From Octopus vulgaris (Eukaryota): a DNA stretch of 64,000 bases. The position numbers and the translations under genes are program-made. Positions 52,264-64,000 of the stretch are shown in pieces. The notes beneath the pieces were generated by a model. The model had not been told where the DNA came from and did no database searches. It saw nothing but the letters and a program-made list of their open reading frames with translations. Location of the stretch: positions 40,114,001 through 40,178,000 of the forward strand of contig OX597818.1 of the NCBI GenBank assembly GCA_951406725.2. The letters run 5' to 3'. Each line of letters begins with the position of its first letter. The stretch's first letter is position 1.

Positions 52264-53702
52264 GTAATAAATAAATTTATATGTTAACTGAAATTCTGTT
52301 CCGCTTTCCTCTCTAACCTTCATATTGAGACACCTGAACAACCATATATGTATACACACTTATAATCCTTTCTCTTTCTGTCACGTACGCATACACTCAC
52401 ATTTGACATACATGGACATATAGTTTCATATACATAGACACACACATCATAGTTCAGTTTAATTTTTGACGTGAAGGAAGTAGCCATAATCTTTAAAGCT
52501 TTCTCAAAAGGGATTTAACAGTTAAATGAGATTAACATAGCTAATGTTCTCTTTTATCTTTTGAAGTTTAATGAGAGTGCCTGCACATGCATACTGTATG
52601 TGTGTGTGTGTATTTATGTATGTGTGTATGTGTGTGTGTATGTAAAAGCAATAGGAGATTCTGGTGAGATATAGTTTAAGAGGAGAAAGGATTGGGAAAT
52701 GATAAATGCAAAAGTTATGGGATTCAGCTGTAGGAATTAAACAGGCTGGAGAGGGGCAGATGAAATCAGTGAGTTTAGATTGCAATGGTATTGTCCGTCA
52801 CGCACAGGTCAGCTGAACATTGTAACACTAGTTTCTTGGAAAATTGCATTTGGTCAGTTTCTTGTTGGCAATAATATGAATTCATCATCATTGTCATTTA
52901 ATGTCTGTTCTTCATGCTGGCATGGGTTGGACTGTTTGACAGTAGCCAATGAGCTAGAGGACTGCACCTAGCTTCAGTGTCTGCTTTGGCATAGTTTCTA
53001 TAACTGGATGCCCTTCCTAACACCAACCACTCCACAGTGTACTGGATGCTTTTTATGTGATACCATCACCAGTACTTCTATATTAGAAATCAATATTAGG
53101 TTTGATATACTGGAGATTTGTTATTAGTAGAGATTCGAAACTGGAAAGGGACCCTTCATATGAGGTGTTTCCAGAAAAAGTATAAAAAAAGCTGTCATCA
53201 TCATCATCATCATCATTTAACCTCCACTTTTCCATGCTTGCATGGATCAGATAGAATTTGTTGAGGCAAATTTTCTATGTATGGATGCCCTTCCTGTCAC
53301 TAACCCTCACCTGTTTCCAAGTAAGGAATTATTTCCCGTGGCCAGACATGTTTTCCATGGAAGACTAGAAGGGAATAGCATCGCTTATATGATGGGGATG
53401 TTCATTTACAATCATCACATGATGTCGAGACATGGGTTGACACAAACACACTTGTGCGCACAAAACACAAACAAACGGTGAGCTCCTTTCAGTTTTTGTC
53501 CACCAAATCCACTCACAAGGCTTTGGTTGGCCTGGCTTGAGTCTGTGGTTGAAGACACTTGCCCTAAGTGCCACACAGTCATGCTTGCACCTAATAATAT
53601 GGAATTAGTACAAGCCCAAAGGAATTAGACTGTGTGAATAACAAAACAAACTAACAAAAAAAAAACATAGAAAGTAAAAAGAATAACTATGATTGGGTTT
53701 AA

Positions 53703-53922
53703 CCCTTTCGTTACTGTATTTATTTTGAGATGCTCTGTTTTTCTTTCAATTACTTTAAATACAACAAAAAATTTGGTAAAATAATTTAGTTATCATTCAT
53801 CTAGTGTTAGGAACATAAATTGTGACTACGGTTTGGTGGAAGATTTTAATTCAAAACTTATGAAAACAAGACATTTGTACTCAGAACCAGAGCTGGTTTC
53901 AGCTGGGTTGGTAACAAAAGGG
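53703..53922. mobile_element. Intact piggyBac-like MITE family 1 (220 bp)
   Basis: TTAA|ccctttcgttac ... gtaacaaaaggg|TTAA. Confidence 0.88.
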
Positions 53923-54880
53923 TTAAGTAAATATGCAAAAATAGCAAGTTTCATTGAAGCAGAAACCTTTGTGAGAAAGAGAAGATAGTTTAACCATGTG
54001 AGAAAACTGCTTTACATAAATATTACTTTGAAGTATCATCCTCAACATTATGACTACCACCATCATCATCATTTGTTAACCTGCTGTTTATTGAGGCAAT
54101 ACAACATATGATTAAGTAGTATTTCTCTTTACAAGTTGGTCTTTTGCTAGAGAGTATTGGTAACTGTCATCTGGATGATCTGATATATTAAATTTCTGGT
54201 TGACTGATCTGGAGTGTGATTTTATCTTTGGTATATTCCACTAAATTATTTATACAATCAGTTCTTGAAAATAGCTTTGTGACTCATTGTGTAGACTGAC
54301 TGTCATTGTCTTGAGTCTTTCTACAAGTTGACATAAACTTGTGCCGTCACACTAACCTATTAAAAGGTTATTCTATGTCTACAGTCATCTGATATCTTGT
54401 ATTTCGGTATCTTTACTGTAACAATGAGAGACTAATGCAGTGTGTTCACTGGGTCAAAGAGAGAATCCAGATTATTTGATGCTGAAAGTGTTTTACATCT
54501 ACAGTCTAGATTATTTTTTAATCTAAGAAATATCATATGTTGAAATGAAGGAAGAAATTCCAAAAGTGTGGATTTGTTTATGGTAGATCTCACGTTTACC
54601 AGGGAGTGACCCAAACTCAATGGTTTCAGGATCATCTTCTGTATCACACAGAGAATAAGAAAAGATAGTATCATATGATGGACTGCTGTTGATTCTGTTC
54701 GGTCTCAAGAGGTGCCTTTTTAACCAGTTCATCTGCCTTTACCTTCACCCACTAGTTCAAATTATATTGGGATAGCCATTCTTTACTTACAAGCATTGTT
54801 TTGTCATCAGTGTTTTTAAGTGGGGCTGGTTGTGATCAGTATTAATGACTTGTAGGGACACCATATTTTTTTATACAACC

Positions 54881-54940
54881 ATTGACTTATAAAATCGTTT
54901 AATATACTGCAAAGTATATTAAACGATTTTATAAGTCAAT
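54881..54940. repeat. Perfect 28-bp inverted repeat with GCAA loop
   Basis: attgacttataaaatcgtttaatatact-gcaa-agtatattaaacgattttataagtcaat. Confidence 0.95.
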
Positions 54941-55200
54941 ACTATGTTCTGCTGTGTTAGCAGTGCTTTTACATCACTTGTGAAGAAAAGGTCATGATCA
55001 GTCTGGGTCTTCTTCAACCTTAATGTTATGGATGTCTCTATCAGGAGTACTAAATTCCTTAAAGCATCACTTTCAGTGTCATTGAGCAACATGAACCCTC
55101 CTCAACAAGGAAGGGCCATGTATTTCCATATAAAAGCAACAAAATTTTATGCATGTTTAATTAATATAATAATTATTGTATCCTCATTTTTATTTTTAAG

Positions 55201-55263
55201 ACACAAATATCAAAACGAATAATTCCTGTCTCTTGTATGCAAGATGTACAACAAGATATCAAG
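55201..55263 (+). CDS. ARAP1: ARAP-family exon, PH beta4-5 (TQISKRIIPVSCMQDVQQDIK)
   Basis: tttttaag acceptor, AAG|gtaaat donor; 63 nt, phase 0-0. SKRIIPVSCM resembles the SKRFISVACI segment of vertebrate ARAP1 PH1 (recalled, not searched). Confidence 0.9.
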
Positions 55264-58200
55264 GTAAATATTTAAAGAATATTTGACTATTTCTTCTCTC
55301 CTGACTATACATTTTTCTTTGTTTTCAGCGATGTGTTTATATCCATATTGGGTTTCAAAATATAATTCTTGGATTCTTTTTTCAGGCATTGATAAGTGTT
55401 CAGAAAGTTTAGTTTAACTTTTAATTTTTGAATTTATGGTTCATTTGAGCTTTAATTAATCCTAAAAAAATTAATTTGATTATTTTCAATATGATTATTT
55501 GCAAGATATATATATGTGTGTGTTTGTCCCCCCACCCAACATCACTTGACAACCGATGCTGGTGTGTTTACGTCCCCGTAACTTAGCAGTTTGGCATAAG
55601 AGACCAATAGAATAAGTGCTAGGCTTACAAAAAATAAGTCCTGGGGTTGATTTGCTTGACTAAAGGCGGTGCTCCAGCATGGTCACAGTCAAATGACTGA
55701 AACAAGTTAAAGAGTAAAAAGAGTAAAGAGATATATGATGGGCTTCTTTCATTTTCCATCTACCAAATCCACTCACAAGGCTTTGGTTGGCTTGAGGCTA
55801 TAGTAGAAGACACTTGCTCAATGGGTGTGCCTATAACCAATATTTCTCAAGTGTGGTTTCAAACTATAGTGATATCTATAAATTATATATGACTGTAGTT
55901 AGAAAGTAAATATTTGATTAGACTTTTTGCAACAGTAATATGAAATTAATCCTGAATGCATGTATGTTTAACAATATTGAAAACATTCCTGTTGAACACA
56001 GTATTTGAACACCTTATTTTTCATTGAAATTTTGTAAATAGTAACCTAAATTTACTTCGTAATTTAAGAGGTAAAGAAATTTGATTACTATTACTTTTGT
56101 TTATTGTTTTATTATTTATTTTTATTTATTATAAGTGTAGGTATATGGCTACACTTACAGCAAAGAAATATTCTTTTCTACTCCAGTCACAAGGTCCAAA
56201 ATTTTTTGGGAGGGGAGAAAGTCAATTAGATCAATCCCAGTACGCAACTGGTACTTTATTTATTGACTCCGAAAGGGTGAAAGGCAAAGTTGACCTCGGC
56301 AGAATTTGAATAATATAATTTTCTAATCTAGGCACAAGGTCCAAAATTTTTAGAGAGGGGACAAGTCAATTAGATCAATCTCAGTACGCAACTGGTACTT
56401 AATTTATTGACTCCGAAAGGATGAAAGGCAAAGTCGACCTTGGCGGAATTTGAATAATATAATTTTCTACTCTAGGCACAAGGGCTGAAATTTTTGGAGA
56501 AATTTATTGGCCCCGAAAGGATGAAAGACAAAGTCGACCTCGACGGAATTTGAACTCAGAATATAAAGACAGACAAAATACTGCTAAGCATTTTGCCCAG
56601 TGTGCTAATGTTTCTGCCAGTTCGCTGCCTTACAGCAAAGAAATATTGTCACTTGAGTTGATTGTATGTCAGTGACATACAGCTCATGTTTAGTCAATGA
56701 TACTAAGTAATGTGTGTATGTGTCTGTGTGTATGTATATATATTTTCTGCTGTTTTAACATCGATTCTGCATTTGAAATATCACTTTCTTGCCTGTATCA
56801 TACGATACACATTTGATACTTCTAAAAAACAAAAGTAAGTTTGTTTATATACACACATGGTTGTTATATATCAGGTGTGGCTGTGTAGTAAGAAGCTTGC
56901 TTCCTGACCACACTGTTCTGGGTTCAGTCCCACTGCGTGGCACCTTGGGCAAATGTCTTCTACTATAGCCCCGGATTGACCAAAGCCTTGTGAGTGGATT
57001 TGGTTGACAGAAACTGAAAGAATGTGTGTGTGTGCAAGAGTGTGTCTGTCTTTGTGTCTCTGTTTTACCCCCATCACTGCTTGGTGACCAGTGTTGTTGT
57101 GTGTATGTCCCTGTAACTTAGTGACTCAGCAAAAGAGACTGAGAGAATAAATATTAGGCTTTATAGAAATAAGTCCTTGAGAATCAAGACTATTGAAAAG
57201 TTTGCAATGCACTACGAAAATTTTAGGAAAATAAAAATAAGAAATAAATGGAAATTTTACCAGTGAGTGTGTTACATTATAAGGCACAAAAAGAAAATGA
57301 CTCTCCCCAGCCACAACAGAATATGCTTCAACACATGAACTCATATAAAGAATCTTGCAAACCAAATCCAAAAATGAAATATTCCTACATATATTTAATT
57401 ATATTAAATCTTATTTTATTTCATGCTGATAATACTATATAGTATGAAGTGCCAAAGTATTTTGTGGAACTGTGACAATTTTTGTCACTGACACTTTTCC
57501 GCTACATCCCATCGAATGTAGCAACGTGTGTGGTTTAAATGGCTGTTATGGCTGTAGCATTGTAATTATTAATATAGAATAATATTAAACATGTATGTAA
57601 TATAAGAAAAATAAGTATTTAATTATTATTTATAATTACAGCTGTTTCGAGTACAGACATATGAATTACATAGATTGAATGTGTTCTAAACTTGTATAGA
57701 TATATATCAATTTCTAATATAAGAGTTTGCACTGAGTTTATATTACTAAATTAGTTGTTTGTATTATATTTGCGGTGTTCATGTTTTAATGGAAAAATTA
57801 GTCTTTTGTTATAATATGATTATTATTTAAGGATTTCATTGACTGATTTGCTATAAAGTGATTAAAAAAAAAATTTTGCCCTTTTCAAGCCTAGCCAGGC
57901 TCATGGGGCCCGGTTTCTGTGGCGTATGTGTTCCCCCAGCTGGACAGGACGCCAGTCCATCGCAGCATTACTCAAGAAACAGGAAGAGAGAGTGAGAGGA
58001 AGTTGTGGCGAAAGAGGGGTTGCCACCACCCCCTGCCGGAGCCTCGTGGAGCTTTTAGGTGTTTTCGCTCAACACACGCAACACCCGGTCTGGGAATCGA
58101 AACTGCGATCCTCTGACTGCGAGTCCACTGCCCTAACTCCTGGGCCATTGATTTAGATAATTTAATAATGTATATGTGTATAAATGACGGGCTTCTTTCA

Positions 58201-58574
58201 GTTTCCCTCTACTACATGCATTGACAAGTCTTTGGTTGGCTCAGGACTATTATAGAAAACACATGCTCAAGGTGCTGTGCAGTAGGACTGAACCTGGAAC
58301 CATGTAGTAGAAATGCAAGATTTGTTACCACACAGCCACGCTAAAATTTTTTTTAATTAATCTCATCCCTAGAGAGAAAACATTTTAAAGATGGTTTTTC
58401 CATCTTTAGTGCATTATATTTGGTTTGATCCCCATTGTCATCTGGTGTTGATGCGTATACAGTATCGGATGGGATTTCACTATTCTTAATTAGTAAATTT
58501 AGTAACTAAAAGTTAAAGATTACATACATTTGAATTGACCAATGATTTCTCTCCTTTTTTTTCTATTATTGCAG

Positions 58575-58641
58575 GATACACAATACAAGTTCATTTTGAA
58601 AACCAAATATCGCAATTTCTTGTTTTATGCTGACACTCTTG
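58575..58641 (+). CDS. ARAP1: ARAP-family exon, PH beta6-7 (DTQYKFILKTKYRNFLFYADTL)
   Basis: Long pyrimidine tract then ttgcag; G|gtaata donor; KFxxxTxxRxFxFxA PH motif. The exon for the C-terminal helix was not found in the window. Confidence 0.9.
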
Positions 58642-58784
58642 GTAATACATTGTTTTTATCTTATGCAGATTTTTTTTATTGTATTAATTTACATTTAAAA
58701 CAAGTTTTTATCTGAGGGATCAAGGTACCAGAAAACTTATCTACACGTTAGTTATACACTAAAGTTTTGTCATTAGTACTTTAC

Positions 58785-59176
58785 AGCCCATAAAATTATT
58801 AACCATCTTACAAACAATAACTCTGAGCACCTTTTCAAACTCCACCTGTCTAACACCCGTGGACATGTTTACAAAGTCAGAAAACAGCACAGCTCCCATG
58901 ACTTTCGGAAACATTTTTTCACGCTAAGAGTTGCTGAAGCATGGAAAAGACTGCTGGCATCAGTTGTTAGTTGCCGGAGCACTGCATCCTTCAAATCTTC
59001 CATGCTTCCTGAGATTCGCCAACACTACACCTGATTTTCTCCCCTCCATACACACACAAGCATGTATCTGACTCATACATTATTCGCTTTCCAGACATTT
59101 GTACATTACTGCATATACTTTATACGCACTCTCTGACAAGTTGTGGTGCACCTGAGCACTGTATACAATAATTTCA

Positions 59177-59218
<42 letters not shown>
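58785..59218 (+). mobile_element. CR1/L2-group LINE 3' end (different family from 23960)
   Basis: HKIINHLTNNNSEHLFKLHLSNTRGHVYKVRKQHSSHDFRKHFFTLRVAEAWKRL..SFKSSM, then 3' UTR and (TAT)n tail. Confidence 0.88.
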
Positions 59219-59248
<30 letters not shown>

Positions 59249-62200
59249 GTTTTACTAGAAGTCATGATTGAATAGTTGTTTAGACTACCAACAAGATGCT
59301 TGCTATTTCATATACCATTACAGGTGCAATGCTCTATCTATAGACTAGTTTTTGTGTGTCAAATTGCAGTGTTTTACTTCATGATAAGAGCACTGACACT
59401 TAAATCTCTGTTCCAAACAATCTTATCGCTCCTGTAAAAAATAAATGTGGCAATTCAATATAAATGAATTACTTGACTTGTTTTTGCCTTTCTCATTGTC
59501 TGCCGTTTTGGGTAAATGTAGTCAAGTTGCAAAATATTCATATATGTTAATATCAAAACATTCAATAACACTCAGTTAATGTTAGAAGATGTATTTGAAA
59601 TCTTTTGAATAAGAGAAGGAAATACGCATTGTAGATATACTACTGGGTTTTTACTGGTTTTCACCCCTCATTATGACATCTCCCTTGTATCTCTTCTATT
59701 ATTATATTTGAAATGATAAAATCTGTTATATTGTCTATCCAGCTGTGGAAAGCTTTGCATGCTCTGATAAACAAATTTATTTCAGTTTTGTATAGTTTAT
59801 ATATGACAGCAGTTGTGGACAGTTTCATCCTTGTTTGAATTCCCTACTACAAAAAAAAAGAAAAAAAGAAAATTCAAAACATAAAATTTAGGCATCTTAG
59901 ACATCAACGATGATGTTGGCTATATATCCCTTTTATTTGAGTTTTAGTAAAGCAACAAATGTGCACAGTAAGACCTTTAATTTTTAGTAAGTTTTTTGTT
60001 TCCTCCCATATTTTTATTATGTAATCTTTTATTCCATAATAAGTTTATTTGGAAAATTTTGCTGTTAATTTTGGCTAAATTAGCAATATTTCGTTACTTA
60101 TGTTTTACCCCTTTAAATCCCAGGGACTCGAGTAATTTAATGTTGAAATGATTTTATTGTTATGAGATTCTTAATAGTTGTGATACTTTGGACTCTGTGG
60201 GTGGGAGAAGCATCATCATCATCATCATATTCTCATATTACCACTATCATCATCTTGATCACCTCTCCTCCTCCCCACCACCAGCAATAGCAGAGTGGTG
60301 GGGAAGTTTGCTTTTCTGTGTTCACTTCAATATCGTGAACTGCATCTGGTACAACATATACAAAGCACTTGTAACTAGAAATTCAAAAGTGAAATAAGTT
60401 GATTTGAAGTGTTGCGGTAGTAGATGTAGTAATAGCTAAGCTATATGATGACTGTTATACATCAGTCCTTGTTTATCACTGGTTGATTCAGCACTGATCT
60501 GGGATAACATGGTATGCTAATTGTGAACTGGTTTACAGTTAGCACAAATGAATCAACAATCATTTAAAAATCCTGCTTGAACAGAAAATGTGTGTGCCAA
60601 TGACGATCCTCAGTGCTCAGGACAACTTGGAGTCTTGGGATAAAACTTATTTTTCACATATGTCCTATTTGTTTATTACTAATTGATTTAACATAGTTTT
60701 TTTTTTTTTTTTAACTAAACCCCCATAATGAATGAGGATAGGCATATTAGTTTTTAATGTTGAGTGTAAAATTTCCTATATATCTAGAGTTGGTAACAAG
60801 GAAAGATTCCAGCATAATTTCATTTACACTTTTAAATGAAGACAAAGTATTTGGATGTGTCTCTACTGCAGTATCAGTGCCAAGCAGTGTTTAGGCACAA
60901 GCGAACTTTAGATTAGTTAAAAGATGTTTATGATATGTTTAAACTTTTGAAGGCAAATTCATTGCAGTTACTGTGTCACAAACATATTCTAACAAACGTA
61001 AAGTTTAGCTTACGCCTAGACACTTCTTGGTGCAGAAACTGCTGTAATTTTTCTTGACCTGGTTGTCTAATGGTGCTACTTGGTCAGTGTTTTTGACTGT
61101 GTTTTGGTTAAAGTTATGGCTTTAATTAAGTCTGTCCAGAATTGCCTCTCTTCAGGATTTTCCATCGATAATGACTAAAGAGCTAGAAACACATTTGGGA
61201 ATTTGACAGAGCAGCACTTGACAGATGTAGTGTTTTTACATCTTACCATTAGGAAGAAATTTTTTCTTGTGATCATTGACAGAGTGGCTAACCGGCTTCC
61301 GTGCCAGTGGCACATAAAAGGCACCATTCGAGTGTGATTGCTACCAGTGTCGCCTTACTGGCACTCGAGCCCCGTGCTAGTACGGTGTTAAGAGCATCAT
61401 CCAAGCGTGATCATTGCCAGAGCAGCTATCTGGCCTCCGTGCTGTTGGCACGTAAAAGGCACCATTTGAGCATGATCGTTACCAGCATCGCCTCACTGGC
61501 ACCCGTGCCGGTGGCATGCGTAGAAGATTCGAGCGAGGTCGTTGCCAGTACCGCCTGACTGGCCTCGTGCCGGTGGCACATAAAAGTACCCACTACACTC
61601 TCAGAGTGGTTGGTGTTAGGAAGGGCTGTAGAAACTGCCAGATCAAGATTGAAGCCTGGTGCAGCCATCTGGTTCGCTAGCCCTCAATCAAATCGTCCAA
61701 CCCATGCTAGCATGGAAAGCGGATGTTAAACGATGATGATGATGATAAGTAGCTGCACTGAATTTGCCTTTAGAAGTTGAAATGTGTCACAAACATATTT
61801 TAACTATATGTGTGTGTGTTTGTCTCTTTTTTTCTCTAAAGTTAAGATTACTAATCTGAAAATCTATTTTATCTTGATGTAGGTGAAATATATATATCTA
61901 TATATAATCTTTCATCTCTAAAGATTAATCTGGTAAATTATCACCTTGTTAACAGCAACTCATCATAGTCATGTAGATATTCAGTGTTATATGTTGTTTA
62001 TAGTATAAAGATAGGAAGTATCTGATGTTCCAGATTAGCAACCATCATTGTTTAATCAATGTTTCTGATGTGAACCCCACTCTCTCTCTCTGAAACCTGA
62101 AACATCTCTTCTCCTCATAGTAAACTAACATTCTTAATTAATATTATTTTTTATTTTAAATAATTATTTTACTGTGATGATCCTTCATATAAACACATCC

Positions 62201-62726
62201 TGCTAATTTATTCTATTATAGTGATTATATTCTATTGAATATGATGCAAATATCCTGTTTAGTTCAAATAAATTGTTCATGTTTGCTTAAGCATACTGGT
62301 GTGAAGAAAGAGGGGGGAAAAAAAAAAGAAAAAACAAACGGAATAGAAACGGTTAACTGAGAGTTGAAAAAATTTGGTTTTATGTTAGATGAAGTCTAGG
62401 GACTAAGATACAGCTTGCCAGATTATGTTGACCCAATTTTTTTTTTTCATTTTAAACTTCCTTGTAATCAGTATTTTATCAGCATTAATTAAAACAGTAA
62501 AGCTACATCTGTGATTATTTCATTAGAATTGGTTGTGGTGTACATAAAATGGTTGCCAGTCATCAACTAGAAACTTTACAAAAGTGTTCTCTGTTACAGC
62601 TTATACGAAATTCTTCTTTCCTTTTCTTTGCCGTTTATTCAGTAAAGTCACAAGAAGTTCATTTGGTTAATGTTTCTACGTAGAACAAAAGCAAAGCTGT
62701 GCAAGCTGTGAAAATTGTTCTTCAAA

Positions 62727-63785
62727 TAGGTGCAGGTGTGGCTGTGGTTGCTTCCCAACCACATGGTTCCAGGTTCAGTCCCATTGCATGGCACCTTGGG
62801 CAGTTGTCTTCTATTGTAGCCTCAGGCCAACCAAAACCTTTTGAGTGGATTTGGTAGATGGAAACTGAAAGAAGCCTGTTTAGAAACTGGTAAGCTGGAG
62901 AGCTGCGCCAAGTTCCTGTCTGGTTTGGCAATGGTTTCTACATTTGGTGTTAGGAAGGGCATCTAACTGTCAAAGCCATGCCAAGCCAGACTGAAACTTG
63001 ATGCATCACTTTGGTTTACCAGTTCCAGTCAAACTGTCCAACCTATACCAGTATGAAAAGCAGACACTAAATAATGATGATAATGATGTGTGTGTGTGTG
63101 CATGTATCTGTTTGTCCCCTTCCTCTGCCACTTGACAACCAGTGTTGGTGTCTTTATGCCTCCGTAACTTAGCAGTTCGGTGAAAGACAACCAATAAAAT
63201 AAGTACTTGCCTTAAAAAATAAGTCCTGTAGTCGATTTATTCAACTAAAAATTCTTCAAAGTGGTGCCCCAGTATGGCCACAGTCTAATGACTGAAACAA
63301 GTATACTCTCTTTACTCTTTTACTTGTTCCAGTCATTTGACTGCGGCCATGCTGGAGCACCGCCTTTAGTCGAGCAAATCGACCACCAGGACTTATTCTT
63401 TGTAAGCCCAGTACTTATTCTATCAGTCTCTTTTGCCAAACTGCTAAGTTATGGGGACGTAAACACACCATCATCGGTTGTCAAGTGATGTTGGACACAC
63501 ACACACACACCCACACACATATATTTAGACATATATACTTTGATACTTTGATAGGTTTCGGCCATTATTGGCCCAGGCCATGTCTAACTTAATAGCACCA
63601 CCTGTCTAACTTAATAGCACCAACGGGCTTCTTTCAGTGTCCCTCTACCAAATCCACTCACAAGGCTTTGGTCGGCCTGAGGCTATAGTAGAAGACACTT
63701 GTCCAAGGTGCTACGCAGTGGAACTGAACCCAGAACCATGTGGTTGGTAAGCAAGCTACTTACCACACAGCCACTCCTGCGCCTA
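62727..63785. mobile_element. Tail-to-tail pair of family B SINEs (62727-63303 +, 63305-63785 -), each interrupted at the internal microsatellite
   Basis: Tails abut at about 63303; RTE-tail pieces at about 62880-63087 and an unrelated insert at about 63535-63622. Confidence 0.8.
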
Positions 63786-64000
63786 TAAGTATAAGATAAA
63801 AAATAAACAAAATTTTACAATAGCTAGTTATTGCAAATTTCCTCATGAAATGAAACTTCTAGCATAAAACCTCTTAAAATAATAAGAGGAGGCAGCCTCT
63901 GTATAAATGTTTTGTAACATGTAGGCACAGGCATGGCTATGTGGTTTAGAAGCTTGCTTCCCAACCATGCAGATTCAGGTTCAGTCCTACTGTGTGGCTC

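Noticed and set aside
54120-54760. Protein-like minus-strand frames (ORFs 54432-54732)
   Set aside because: Multiple stops and no recognisable motif; cannot assign as gene or pseudogene.
58642-64000. Next ARAP exon (PH C-terminal helix with conserved Trp)
   Set aside because: AG acceptors examined (about 59742, 60123, 61155, 62599) give stops or non-PH peptides in phase 1; probably beyond the window.

Overview
AT-rich, repeat-dense eukaryotic DNA. The SINE/LINE complement and microsatellite density fit an octopus (cephalopod) genome, inferred from repeat families rather than a database match. The window is almost all intron of one plus-strand gene. Five small GT-AG exons (47365-47474, 50803-50846, 52185-52263, 55201-55263, 58575-58641) splice in frame to an acidic linker plus a PH domain resembling PH1 of ARAP1/2/3. 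The rest is several tRNA-derived SINE families, RTE and CR1/L2 LINE fragments, a deleted mariner, pogo-like and piggyBac-like MITEs, a non-autonomous Helitron and microsatellites. Nearly all ORFs in the track are repeat artefacts. The most unusual signal is a set of unrelated short repeats carrying minimal hammerhead-ribozyme motifs in Penelope-like inverted layouts. One has a tRNA-like head and one has a U3-A8 covariant core; the best-preserved cores lie antisense to the host gene. A perfect 28-bp hairpin lies upstream of a PH exon. Repeat boundaries are read by eye and approximate.
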